64,000 nt of DNA, from NCBI GenBank assembly GCA_963730185.1, contig CAVSQW010000014.1, positions 261,674-325,673 on the forward strand, written 5' to 3'. Source of the DNA: an uncultured Gemmatimonadales bacterium (GTDB lineage Bacteria > Gemmatimonadota > Gemmatimonadetes > Gemmatimonadales > GWC2-71-9). Positions 9,281-22,177 of this stretch are shown piece by piece. Every line of letters begins with the position of its first letter. Position 1 is the stretch's first letter. Position numbers and translations under genes: made by a program. The notes beneath the pieces are model-generated. The model was not told the DNA's origin. It was given only the letters and a program-made list of their open reading frames with translations, and searched no databases.

Positions 9281-10435
9281 CTACCGCCGGCCAGGCACGG
9301 CCGCCAGGAACATCTCCGCAATCGTCGGCCCCGCGTCCACGAAGGTGAAATCGCTATTCACCAGGAGTGAGAGAATCAGGTCCTGGTCCGGGTAGATCAC
9401 CACGAAGGCCGTCCCCCCCACCGACCCGCCGGAGTGGAACACCCGGCGGCGGCCCGCCTGGTCGGTGTCCACGAACCAGCCGATCCCGTAGTTCGTCGCC
9501 TTGCCCGAGGTGAGGTGCTGGGGCGTCCAGAGGAGCCGCACCGTCTCCGGACGGAGCAACCGGCCGTGGAGCAGGTCGTCGGCCAGGCCGGCCAGGTCCT
9601 CGGTGGTCGAGAGGAAGCCCCCACCGGCCCACTTGTAGCTGTTGTCGGTGAAGGGTGCGTTGACGATCCCACCCGTGGGCGAGGTCCGGGTGTACCAACG
9701 GGCCCGGTGCGGCACGATGCTGTCCACCTGGTCCGCCCCGGTGTGTCGCATCCCGGCCGGGTGGAACACCGCCCGGTCCATGTAGGTGAGGTAGTCCTCG
9801 CCGGCGGCCGCCTGGACCACCGCGCTCAGCAGGTTCCAGCCGTAGGACGAGTACGCCCACTTGGTGCCGGGCTCGAAGTCGAGGGTGTCGTCCGCGAACA
9901 CCTCCAGCGACTTCACCACGTCGGTGTAGTGCCGGTAGCTGATGTTCTCTTCCTCGCGCCGGTAGTGACGGATGCCGCTCAGGTGCCCAGCTACTTCGCG
10001 CACGGTCACCGGCCACCGCTTCTTCGGGAAGGTCGGCACGTAGCGCTGTACCTCGGCGTCCAGGTCGAGCTTGCCCTCCTCCACCAGCCGTCCGATCGCG
10101 ATCGAGGTGAGCGACTTCGACACGCTGCCCACCCGGAAGCGGGTGAGCGGAGTGACGGGCACCTCCTCCTCCAGGTCGGCGTATCCGAAGCCGGCGCTCC
10201 AGATCACCCGGCCACCCTGGATCACCGTGATCGACGCGCCGGGCGCGCCCAGGGCCGCCATGGTGTCGCGGATGAAGGCGGAGGCCCGGCCGATGGCGCC
10301 GGCGTAGGGCGTGGGCTCGCCGGCCACGGCCGGAGCGGGTCGCTGGGCCAGGAGCGCCGTCGGCCCGGCCAGGGCGAGCAGGCCCGCCAGCGGCAGCAGC
10401 GCCAGGTGGCGTCGGTTCCGCGGAATGGAATCCAT
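9281..10435 (-). CDS. Serine hydrolase, beta-lactamase/AmpC-like family, secreted
   Basis: Signal peptide; FRVGSVSK (SxxK), YSS, HSGG. Confidence 0.9.
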   Translation of the reverse strand: MDSIPRNRRHLALLPLAGLLALAGPTALLAQRPAPAVAGEPTPYAGAIGRASAFIRDTMAALGAPGASITVIQGGRVIWSAGFGYADLEEEVPVTPLTRFRVGSVSKSLTSIAIGRLVEEGKLDLDAEVQRYVPTFPKKRWPVTVREVAGHLSGIRHYRREEENISYRHYTDVVKSLEVFADDTLDFEPGTKWAYSSYGWNLLSAVVQAAAGEDYLTYMDRAVFHPAGMRHTGADQVDSIVPHRARWYTRTSPTGGIVNAPFTDNSYKWAGGGFLSTTEDLAGLADDLLHGRLLRPETVRLLWTPQHLTSGKATNYGIGWFVDTDQAGRRRVFHSGGSVGGTAFVVIYPDQDLILSLLVNSDFTFVDAGPTIAEMFLAAVPGRR

Positions 10436-10448
10436 GAAGGAGCCTCGG

Positions 10449-11702
10449 TCAGAATGGAGGGTCGGCCTGGTGGACCGGTCCGTCGAGCGGGAGCGCGGCG
10501 ATCTCGGCACCGGCGGGTGTCTGGTGCTGGCCCTCGGGGATGATCAGGAGGACGTTGGCTCGGAGCATCGAGGTCAGGATCCCGGAGCCCTGCGGCCCCG
10601 CGAGCCGGGCTTCCCGCCGCTCCGGTGGGCCCGACACGATGCCCCGGAGGAAGTGCTGGAGCGTCGGGCCCAGGCGGATCGGCTCGCTCAGGCGGGCCGA
10701 GACCGCGGCTCGGAAGGGGAGCCGGTGGCCCATCAGGGTCCGGATCGCCGGCCGGACGAAGAGCTCGAAGGTGACCATGGTGCTCACCGGATTGCCGGGG
10801 AGGCCGATCCAGGGGACCCCGCCTAACGCCCCGAACCCGACCGGCGCGCCGGGCCGCATCCGGAGCTTCCAGAAGTCCACCCGCCCCCCCAGCGATTCGA
10901 GGGCCGGCTTGAGGTAGTCGTGCTCGCCCACGCTGATCCCGGCCGAGGTCACCAGCAGGTCGCAATCGAGGGCCCGTTCCAGGTGCTCCCGCACGCTGGC
11001 CAGGGTGTCCCGGGCGATGCCCACGACCACCGGCTGCCCGCCCGCCACGCGAACCAGGGCCCGGAGGGTGTGGGTGTTGGAGCTCGCCGTCTTGGTGCCG
11101 GCCAGGATCTCGTCGGGGTGGTCCACGTCGACGATCTCGTCGCCGCTGGCCAGGATCGCGACCCGGGGCCGCCGGTGCACCACCGGATGGGCCACCGCCA
11201 GCGAGGCCAGGACGCCCAGCTCCGCCGGGCCGAGCTCGGCGCCCGCCTCGAGCACCCGGGCTCCCCTGACCACGTCCTCGCCGGCGGCGCGCCAGTTCAC
11301 TCCGGCGTCGCGATCGGAGAAGATCGTCACCGTCCCGGCGCCCTGGTCGGTGTCCTCCTGCCGGATCACCGAGTCGGCCCCGTCGGGCAGCGGCGCCCCG
11401 GTGAAGATCCGGGCGCACTCCCCCGGGCCGATCGCCCGGGTCGGGAAGGCCCCGGCGGGGATCTGCTCGACCACGGTGAGGCGGCGGGGTCGGTCCCGGG
11501 TGGCGCCACTCACGTCGGCCGCCCGGGTGGCGTAGCCGTCCATGGCGGAGTTGGTCCGGAAGGGGATGTCGATCGGACTGGTGACGGATTCGGCGAGGAC
11601 GCTGCCGAGAGCGTCGTCGAGCGGCACCCGGAGGGGCGGCTGGACCGTGAGCGAGCCCTGGATCGCCAAGGTGGCGTCTCGGGCCGAGAGCGCGGTGCGC
11701 AC
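10449..11702 (-). CDS. moeA: Molybdopterin molybdenumtransferase
   Basis: NSAMDGYA, IFTGAPLP, SGDE, GLPGNPVS. Confidence 0.95.
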   Translation of the reverse strand: MRTALSARDATLAIQGSLTVQPPLRVPLDDALGSVLAESVTSPIDIPFRTNSAMDGYATRAADVSGATRDRPRRLTVVEQIPAGAFPTRAIGPGECARIFTGAPLPDGADSVIRQEDTDQGAGTVTIFSDRDAGVNWRAAGEDVVRGARVLEAGAELGPAELGVLASLAVAHPVVHRRPRVAILASGDEIVDVDHPDEILAGTKTASSNTHTLRALVRVAGGQPVVVGIARDTLASVREHLERALDCDLLVTSAGISVGEHDYLKPALESLGGRVDFWKLRMRPGAPVGFGALGGVPWIGLPGNPVSTMVTFELFVRPAIRTLMGHRLPFRAAVSARLSEPIRLGPTLQHFLRGIVSGPPERREARLAGPQGSGILTSMLRANVLLIIPEGQHQTPAGAEIAALPLDGPVHQADPPF

Positions 11703-11705
11703 CGG

Positions 11706-12227
11706 TCAGTCCTCCACCAGCTTGGCGCCCTCCCAGACGTAGGAGGCCAGGAGCTGGAGCCACATGGTATCGCTGAAACGGAGCACGGGGCACGTGGCCC
11801 CCGGCACGGCGACGTCGGAGGCGATCGCGACCCAGAGCTCGGGCCGCTCGGCCGAGGCGTAGAGAGGGGCCGGTCCGGTGGTCTTGCGGTACACCTCCAC
11901 CTTGGGGATCGGGGCCTTCTTGAATCCTTCCACCAGCACCAGGTCCCGATCCGCGAAGTAGCGCCGCGCCAGGGCTTCCGGGCCGGTGTCGTCGTCGCGC
12001 CGCTCCAACACCACCCGGAGCGACGGCGAGGCGACCAGCACGGCGTCGGCGTGACCTTCGTGGAAATGGCGCCAGCTGTCGGTGCCTTGGCGATCGATGT
12101 CGACCGGGTGGGAGGCGTGCTTGATCGTGGCGACCCGGAGCTTACGGCGCTGGAACTCCCGGGCGAGCGCCACCACCAGGGTGGTCTTTCCCGCGTCCTT
12201 GAGCCCTACGATGGAGAGCAGTCGCAT
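11706..12227 (-). CDS. mobB: Molybdopterin-guanine dinucleotide biosynthesis protein B
   Basis: GLKDAGKTT, IKH, GTDSWRH, LVEGFK. Confidence 0.92.
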   Translation of the reverse strand: MRLLSIVGLKDAGKTTLVVALAREFQRRKLRVATIKHASHPVDIDRQGTDSWRHFHEGHADAVLVASPSLRVVLERRDDDTGPEALARRYFADRDLVLVEGFKKAPIPKVEVYRKTTGPAPLYASAERPELWVAIASDVAVPGATCPVLRFSDTMWLQLLASYVWEGAKLVED

Positions 12228-12234
12228 GCCTGGG

Positions 12235-12843
12235 TCAATCGGTCTGGGCCCGGATCAGATCGTCGGCGGTGTTGACGTTGAAGAAGAGGCGCTCCGGCTC
12301 GCCGAAGGCGCCCACCTCGTCGGCTGAGAGAATACCCACCCGAACGTCTCCGTGGAAGGCGATGGCGCGATAGTCGCCCCGGGCCAGGGCCCGCTCCATC
12401 GCCGGCCGGCAGGCCGGACCGTAGGCGGCGGCGAGGGGCTCCATCCCCCGGCGCCCGCCGCTGGCTGGGAGCACGGCGTCGGCCTGGCCGAGGCCGGCGG
12501 CCAACCGGGCTAGGAGTCCGGCCGGGACGAACGGCATGTCCCAGGCCACGGCGAGCACGGGCGCGGGCGCTTCCAGCACGGCGGTGTAGAGGCCGCCTAA
12601 CGTTCCCGTGTCGGGTCGCCGGTCGGCCACGACCCGGAGGCCGGGCCGCCAGTCGGCGGCGTCCGGGGCGTTGGCGACCAGGATCGGGAGCCGCCCGGTG
12701 GCTTCGGTCAGGGCCTCGACCACCCGGTCCAGGATCCGCCGCCCGCCCACCCGCTCGAGGCCCTTGGGCCGGCCGCCGAAGCGGGAGGCCGCGCCGCCGG
12801 CCAGCACCGCGCCCCGGAGCTCGACCTCGGGATCAGGGGTCAC
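12235..12843 (-). CDS. mobA: Molybdenum cofactor guanylyltransferase
   Basis: LAGGAASRFGGRPKG, DMPF, FNVNT. Confidence 0.92.
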   Translation of the reverse strand: MTPDPEVELRGAVLAGGAASRFGGRPKGLERVGGRRILDRVVEALTEATGRLPILVANAPDAADWRPGLRVVADRRPDTGTLGGLYTAVLEAPAPVLAVAWDMPFVPAGLLARLAAGLGQADAVLPASGGRRGMEPLAAAYGPACRPAMERALARGDYRAIAFHGDVRVGILSADEVGAFGEPERLFFNVNTADDLIRAQTD

Positions 12844-13249
12844 CGGTGCAGCCGGCCGAGAGGGTGGCGTCCTCGGCGACCTCGACCCGGACCAGGCGGA
12901 CGCCGCTGGGCAGCCGGGGTGCGACCCGGCGGAACACGTCCCGGGCCAGGGCTTCGCAGGTGGGGAGAATCCCCGCCAGTTCGGGCACGTCGTGGTTCAG
13001 GTGCCGGCCGTCGTAGCGGCTCACCACCTCGGCGCCCAGCAACCGGTCCAGGGCGGGCAGGTCCATCACCATCGCCAGCTGCTCGTCCACCGAGCCGGTG
13101 ATGGTCACCGCGCAGCTGTAGAGGTGGGCGTGACCGGGGGCCTCGGCCGTGCAACCGAACCGGGCTCGGTTCTCGGCCTCGCTCCACTCCGACCGGTAGA
13201 GCCGGTGCACCGCGCGGAACGAAACGGTCCGGGTGAGCCGGATGGCCAC
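12833..13249 (-). CDS. queD: 6-pyruvoyl/6-carboxy-tetrahydropterin synthase family protein
   Basis: FRAVHRL...GC...GHAHLY...HLN...PTCEALA...VAE (T-fold). Confidence 0.75.
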   Translation of the reverse strand: MAIRLTRTVSFRAVHRLYRSEWSEAENRARFGCTAEAPGHAHLYSCAVTITGSVDEQLAMVMDLPALDRLLGAEVVSRYDGRHLNHDVPELAGILPTCEALARDVFRRVAPRLPSGVRLVRVEVAEDATLSAGCTGDP

Positions 13250-13261
13250 AGGCCGGGCGGC

Positions 13262-13987
13262 CTAGAAGAACGGGCGGTGGAAGGCAAAGCCGAGGCCGGC
13301 GTGGAGCACCGGCACGGGCGACCACTCTTTGAGCTGGCCGCTCAGGATCGGCGCCAGCGGGCCGAACCCATCCGGGTCGGTGGTCCGGTAGCTGGCGGGG
13401 TAGCTGAGATTCCAGAACACCGAGCGGGCCTCGAGCCGGACATAGAGCCGGCGGGTCAGAAAGGCCCGCACGCCCACCGCCGGCGCCATGTAGAACTTGG
13501 TCTTGAGGCTGTAGCCGCTCGAATCGGAGGGGACGCCCTGCGCGAACGCCAGGCCGATGCCGGCGCTGACGTACGGCGCCAACCCGTGCCAGGTCTTGCC
13601 GCCCGTCAGATTGAACTGGAAGACGCCTTCGGCGAAGGTCACGTTGTTGTCGATCGGCCCTGTCAGGCGGAGCGCCGGGTCGGTGGTCTGGAGGTTGGCC
13701 ACCTTACGCTGGAGCTGGCCGTACCCGACCATGAGCGCCAACGAGAGCGGCCGGTCCGCCAGGAACTCGTGCCGGAGGCTGTAGAAGCGCCCGTCGTGCG
13801 GGCCGATCCCGAGCTGCCCGCCGCTCCCGAACATGTAGCCGGCCGTGGCCGACACGAACTGCGAGTAGCGGAGGTCGCGATAGGGCGAGTGGGCCGGGTC
13901 GTGGCCCACCTGCGCCGCGAGCGGTCCAGCCAACGTGGCGACGAGAAGGCCCGGAAGGGCATGGGCGAACCAGCGGCTGTCAGTCAT
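13262..13987 (-). CDS. Putative outer-membrane beta-barrel protein
   Basis: Signal peptide; alternating aromatic beta-strands, PYVSAGIG, C-terminal aromatic residues. Confidence 0.65.
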   Translation of the reverse strand: MTDSRWFAHALPGLLVATLAGPLAAQVGHDPAHSPYRDLRYSQFVSATAGYMFGSGGQLGIGPHDGRFYSLRHEFLADRPLSLALMVGYGQLQRKVANLQTTDPALRLTGPIDNNVTFAEGVFQFNLTGGKTWHGLAPYVSAGIGLAFAQGVPSDSSGYSLKTKFYMAPAVGVRAFLTRRLYVRLEARSVFWNLSYPASYRTTDPDGFGPLAPILSGQLKEWSPVPVLHAGLGFAFHRPFF

Positions 13988-15533
13988 GCGCGTCCTGCGC
14001 CAGGCTCCGGCCGGTCATCTCGGCGGGCTGCTCGAGTCCCAGCAGGTCGAGGATCGTAGGAGCGACATCGCAGAGCGCGCCGCCGGAGCGAAGAGTCGAG
14101 GACGGCGTCCCGACCGCCACCAACGGCACCGGGTTGGTGGTATGAGCCGTATGGGGCCCGCCGGTCTCGGGGTCGACCATCATCTCGCAGTTGCCGTGGT
14201 CGGCCGTGATCAGCAGCCGGGTGCCGGAGGCCTCCGCCGCCGGGAGGACCCGCCCCAGACACTCGTCGACGGTTTCCACCGCCGTCAGGATGGCCTCGGG
14301 CACGCCGGTGTGTCCCACCATGTCGGCGTTGGCGAAGTTGCAGAGGAAGAAAGCATGCTCCCGCTGGGCCAGCGACTTCACCAGCACGTCGGTGATCCCC
14401 CGGGCGCTCATTTCGGGCGCCAGGTCGTAGGTGGCCACCTTGGGGCTCGGAACCAGAATCCGCTCCTCACCCTGGTACGGCGCTTCCACCCCGCCGTTGA
14501 AGAAGTAGGTGACGTGCGGGTACTTCTCGGTTTCGGCCGTGCGGAGCTGAGTCAGGTTCACGTCGGCCAGCACCTCCGCCAGGATCCGCGCCAGGTTGAA
14601 CGGCGGAAAGGCCTGGGGCAGGGGGAAGGTCCGATCGTACTGGGTCATCGTCACGCCCCGGAGATCGGGACGGTCGGAGACGTCGAACCCGTCGAACCCG
14701 TCGATGAAGAGCGCCCCCACGATCTGCCGCATGCGGTCGCTCCGGTAGTTGAAGCAGAGCACGCCGTCGCCGTTCCGAAGCGGGGCGAGCGGCTCCCCAT
14801 CCTTCTGGATCACGATCGGCTTCACGAACTCGTCGGTCTCGCCCCGATCGTAGGCGGCGCCGACGGCGGCCACCGGGTCGGTGGCCGCCCGTCCCTGGCC
14901 CCTGACCAGGAGATCGTACGCCAGCTTGGTCCGATCCCAGCGGCGATCCCGGTCCATGGCATAGTACCGTCCGATCAAGCTCGCGAGGCAGCCCTTCGCC
15001 CCCAGAATCCGGGCGATCTCGCCCGCCAGCTCGCGGACGAATCCCTGCGCCGACTTGGGAAGCGTGTCGCGGCCGTCGAGGAACCCGTGCACCGCCACCC
15101 GCGAGACCTCCAGGCGATCGGCCAGCTCGAGACAGGCCACCAGGTGGCGATCGATGGCATGGACGCCGCCGTTCCCCACCAGTCCCATCAGATGCAGGGT
15201 GCCGCCGGTCCGTCGCAGGTACGTTCCCAGCTCCTGGAAGGGCGCCAGCCGGAAGAAGTCGCCCGATCGGATACTGTCCGAGATCCGCACCAGGTCTTGC
15301 TTCACGACCCGTCCCGCACCGAGGTTGAGGTGGCCCACCTCGCTGTTGCCCATCTGCCCCTCGGGCAGACCGACCGCGAGACCGCTCGCGTCGAGGAGCG
15401 TGCGGGGGGCCGAGCGCCAGAGCCGATGCCAGACCGGGGTCCGCCCGAGCTCGATGGCGTTGTCGGCTGGGTCGGCACGGTAGCCCCAGCCGTCCAACAC
15501 GATGAGTGCGACGGGTGGTTGACGGTTGGACAT
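13980..15533 (-). CDS. gpmI: 2,3-bisphosphoglycerate-independent phosphoglycerate mutase
   Basis: LDGWG, GQMGNSEVGH, GRYYAMDRD, NADMVGHTG, TADHGN. Confidence 0.97.
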   Translation of the reverse strand: MSNRQPPVALIVLDGWGYRADPADNAIELGRTPVWHRLWRSAPRTLLDASGLAVGLPEGQMGNSEVGHLNLGAGRVVKQDLVRISDSIRSGDFFRLAPFQELGTYLRRTGGTLHLMGLVGNGGVHAIDRHLVACLELADRLEVSRVAVHGFLDGRDTLPKSAQGFVRELAGEIARILGAKGCLASLIGRYYAMDRDRRWDRTKLAYDLLVRGQGRAATDPVAAVGAAYDRGETDEFVKPIVIQKDGEPLAPLRNGDGVLCFNYRSDRMRQIVGALFIDGFDGFDVSDRPDLRGVTMTQYDRTFPLPQAFPPFNLARILAEVLADVNLTQLRTAETEKYPHVTYFFNGGVEAPYQGEERILVPSPKVATYDLAPEMSARGITDVLVKSLAQREHAFFLCNFANADMVGHTGVPEAILTAVETVDECLGRVLPAAEASGTRLLITADHGNCEMMVDPETGGPHTAHTTNPVPLVAVGTPSSTLRSGGALCDVAPTILDLLGLEQPAEMTGRSLAQDAHD

Positions 15534-15565
15534 GGTCTTGGGCAATCTTCAGGTGATGCGAGGCG

Positions 15566-16678
15566 ATGAACGGGTTGCCGCAATCTAGTCCCAGGCTCCG
15601 CCGCCTACCAGCCTTCACGGTAGGGCTTCTCTGTTGCGTGGTGTCGATCGGCACCGCGCAATCCCGCCTACGCGCCACCTCCGCCACCGGCTTCTTCAAG
15701 GATCCTAACGGCATTCGTCTGGCCACCCTCCAGGACGGGATCGACTACCGGGCCGGCCGGACCAACGCCGGCTGGGTCGAAGTCACCATCGAAGGCTACG
15801 TCTGGGCCAAGTCGACCGAGCCGACCAACCGCGAAGGCTTCGACCTGATCGTGACCGCCACCGGCGGCGAGGTGCTCCGGGCCAGCCCGAACGGCACCGT
15901 GGTTGCCCGGGTGCAGGAAGGCACGCTGCTCAACAAGGTCGCCACCAAAGGTGCCTGGATTCAGGTCAAGCGGACCGCTTGGGCCACCCGGTCGGGGTTC
16001 GCGGACTCGAATCCGCCCAAACAAGTCGCCCGGGCCGAGCCGACGCCGACGCCGGTGCCTCCGCCCCCGCCGGCGGCCGCGGCCGTGGCCGAGTCCGCCC
16101 AGGTCGTCTCGAACGCCGATTCGACCCCGCCCCAGACCGCGCCGCCGCCCGGTCCCGACCTGGAGCCGGGCACGGCCGGCGAGCGGGCCACGGTCCGTCA
16201 GGGCGCCGAGCTCGCCACCCTACCGGATGGCGCGCGCCTGGCGGTGCTCGGCAACGGCGGATCGGTGGAGGTGCTGGGCCGCTCGCACGACTGGGTCAAG
16301 GTCCGGATCGAGGGATGGATCCGGCAGTCGGACATCGCCGCGATGGCGGCCCCCGGCCCCCAGATCACCGGGGCCATGCTCCAGGAGGATCCCGCCAAGT
16401 ACGTGGGCCAGTCCGTCGACTGGCGGCTCAACTTCCTGGCACTCGAGAAGGCCGACGAGCTCCGCCCCGAGATGCCCCTGGGCCAGCCTTATCTCCTGAC
16501 CCGGGGTCCGCTTCCGGAGGCGGGCTTCGTCTACGTCCTCCTCAAGCCCGACCAGCTGAATGATGCCCGGGGCCTCCGCCCGCTGGACGAAATCCGGGTG
16601 CGGGGTATCATCCGGGCAGGACGGACGCGGTATCTGCCGACGCCCGTGGTGGAGCTCACCCGACTGGTCGAGCGATGA
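15566..16678 (+). CDS. Secreted SH3-like repeat protein
   Basis: Signal peptide; repeated GWVEV..EG / WIQVK / WVKVRIEGW SH3b-like units; Pro/Ala linker. Confidence 0.65.
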   Translation: MNGLPQSSPRLRRLPAFTVGLLCCVVSIGTAQSRLRATSATGFFKDPNGIRLATLQDGIDYRAGRTNAGWVEVTIEGYVWAKSTEPTNREGFDLIVTATGGEVLRASPNGTVVARVQEGTLLNKVATKGAWIQVKRTAWATRSGFADSNPPKQVARAEPTPTPVPPPPPAAAAVAESAQVVSNADSTPPQTAPPPGPDLEPGTAGERATVRQGAELATLPDGARLAVLGNGGSVEVLGRSHDWVKVRIEGWIRQSDIAAMAAPGPQITGAMLQEDPAKYVGQSVDWRLNFLALEKADELRPEMPLGQPYLLTRGPLPEAGFVYVLLKPDQLNDARGLRPLDEIRVRGIIRAGRTRYLPTPVVELTRLVER

Positions 16679-16710
16679 CCGGTCGACCGCCCCAAGGGGC
16701 GGGAGGACCC

Positions 16711-18664
<1,954 letters not shown>

Positions 18665-18828
18665 GACCGCGCCGGCCCCACCTGATGCGTGGGGCCGGAC
18701 GACGAGCTACATTGGGGGTGAGCGTCACCTCAGTTGTCTCCCTCGTGCCGGTCTCCTGGCCGGCTCGGCGCCATCGGCGCTAGGGAGAAGCACCGGCAAT
18801 CGGCGTCCCACAAACAGACGGAGGGTCT

Positions 18829-20409
18829 TTGGCGACCGAACAACGGGCCCAATGGGGTTCGCGCATCGGGCTCATTCTCGCAATGGCCGGCAATGCGGTC
18901 GGCCTCGGCAACTTCTTGCGCTTCCCCCGCCAGGCGGTTCAGAACGGCGGCGGGACGTTCATGATCCCCTATTTCATCGCGTTTCTGCTGGTCGGCATTC
19001 CGCTCATGTGGATCGAGTGGGGCGTCGGCCGGCACGGTGGGGTCCGGGGTCACGGCTCAGTGCCCGGCATGTTCCAGACCCTCTGGAAGAACCCGATCGC
19101 CAAGTACATGGGCGTGCTGGGGTTGTTCATGCCGCTGGTGGTGCTGATCTACTACTGCTACATCGAGTCATGGACCCTGGCGTGGACGTTCTTCAGCGTG
19201 ACCGGGGCCACCCGGGGGCTCGATCAGGCCGGGATGCGGGCCTTCCTGGCGTCGTACCAGGACCTCGGTAACGGCACGATCCACGGGTTCTGGGTGCCGT
19301 TCGCGTTCTACTTCGTGACCATCGTCGTGAATTTCGCGGTGGTGATGAAGGGGCTCTCGGGCGGGATCGAAAAGCTCGCGAAGATCGGGATGCCGATCCT
19401 GTTCGTCTTCGCGGCGATTCTGGTGATTCGAGTCCTCACGCTCGGACCCCACGCGGTGACGCTGGCCGACGGCACGACCAAGATGTTCAGCCCGATGGAC
19501 GGGCTCAACTTCATGTATACCCCGGACTGGACCAAGCTGGCCGACGCCAAGGTCTGGCTGGCGGCCGCTGGCCAGATCTTCTTCACGCTCTCGGTCGGGA
19601 TGGGGACCCTCCAGGCGTACGCGTCGTACCTCAAGAAGAGTGACGACCTGACGCTCTCGGGCATCGCCACCTGCGCCACCAACGAAACCGCCGAGGTCGT
19701 CCTGGGCGGCTCGTTGGCGATTCCGGCGGTGGTGGCGTTCTTCGGCGTGACCGGCGCCGTGGCGATCGCGAATGGCGGCGGCTACGACCTCGGCTTCGTC
19801 TCGATGCCGCTGGTGTTCAATCAGCTGCCCGGCGGGGCCTTCATGGCCGGCACGGCGGGGTTCATGTGGTTCGGGCTCCTCTTCTTCGCCGGGATCACGT
19901 CGTCGGTCTCGATGGCCACCCCGGCGATCTCCTTCATGGAGGAGAACTTCGGCTGGACCCGGAAGCGGGCCGGCTTCACCATCGGCGCTGTGGCGGTCGG
20001 CATCGGGCTGCTGCACCTGTTGTACTACACCGGTGGGTTCCTGGACGAGTGGGACTACTGGGCCGGTACCTTCGGGTTGGTGGTGCTGGCGATGATGGAA
20101 ACGATCCTGTTCGTATGGGTCCTGGGCCCCGACAACATGTGGCGTGAGATCCACGAAGGGGCGGCCTGGCAGATTCCCAGGATCTACAAGTTCATCATGA
20201 CCTACGTCACTCCGGTTTTCCTGGCCGTGATGATGGTGTGGTGGACGGTCACCGAGGCGATCCCCACCTTGATGATGGACGGGATCGACCCGGCCCAGCA
20301 CACGACCCGGTGGGCCTCGCGGGGCGTGATGCTGCTGATTCTCGCTTGCCTGATGATCCTCGTTCGCGTCGCGTGGGCCCGGCGGGCCGCGCGAGGGGAG
20401 GAAACATGA
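18829..20409 (+). CDS. Sodium-dependent amino-acid transporter, NSS family (LeuT-like)
   Basis: TTG start with SD GGAGG; LILAMAGNAVGLGNFLRFP, NGGGTFMIPY, QIFFTLS, FFAGITSS. Confidence 0.95.
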   Translation: MATEQRAQWGSRIGLILAMAGNAVGLGNFLRFPRQAVQNGGGTFMIPYFIAFLLVGIPLMWIEWGVGRHGGVRGHGSVPGMFQTLWKNPIAKYMGVLGLFMPLVVLIYYCYIESWTLAWTFFSVTGATRGLDQAGMRAFLASYQDLGNGTIHGFWVPFAFYFVTIVVNFAVVMKGLSGGIEKLAKIGMPILFVFAAILVIRVLTLGPHAVTLADGTTKMFSPMDGLNFMYTPDWTKLADAKVWLAAAGQIFFTLSVGMGTLQAYASYLKKSDDLTLSGIATCATNETAEVVLGGSLAIPAVVAFFGVTGAVAIANGGGYDLGFVSMPLVFNQLPGGAFMAGTAGFMWFGLLFFAGITSSVSMATPAISFMEENFGWTRKRAGFTIGAVAVGIGLLHLLYYTGGFLDEWDYWAGTFGLVVLAMMETILFVWVLGPDNMWREIHEGAAWQIPRIYKFIMTYVTPVFLAVMMVWWTVTEAIPTLMMDGIDPAQHTTRWASRGVMLLILACLMILVRVAWARRAARGEET

Positions 20410-20540
20410 AACCCGGCGCCCTGATCTTCATGCTCTCGGCCTGGACCGTCGTGCTGGGCATCTTGGTCTGGAGCTTCGCGCGGCTGTTGCGGGCCGATCC
20501 GGAGCACGAGCACCCGCCCCCGCCGGGAACGAGCCTCTAG
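20406..20540 (+). CDS. Small single-TM protein (MetS-type NSS small subunit candidate, 44 aa)
   Basis: ATGA overlap with the NSS stop; SD GGGGAGG; MKPGALIFMLSAWTVVLGILVWSFARLLR. Confidence 0.75.
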   Translation: MKPGALIFMLSAWTVVLGILVWSFARLLRADPEHEHPPPPGTSL

Positions 20541-20592
20541 GGGCTCGGCCTTACCCCTTCTCGGTTCCTCGGTTTCCCGAACCCCTGAGGCC

Positions 20593-22026
<1,434 letters not shown>

Positions 22027-22164
22027 GGAAAGGGAGACGGGAAGGGACGGGGAGGGATGGCGAGAGACCGGGAGGGATGAGAGGAGACGGGGTTGGTGCG
22101 GTTGACCGTCCCACCCCGTCCCCTCCGTGCCTTCCCCGTCTCTTCCCGTCTCTCCCCACCCCCC
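22027..22164. repeat. Inverted decamer-array element 1
   Basis: About 6 units resembling GGAGGGACGG, a ~20-nt spacer, then about 5 reverse-complement units resembling CCCGTCTCTC. Confidence 0.8.
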
Positions 22165-22177
22165 TTACAATCCTCCC

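Noticed and set aside
9281..10435. Beta-lactam resistance gene
   Set aside because: It has YSS and HSG rather than the AmpC YxN and KTG motifs; more likely a peptidase or esterase.
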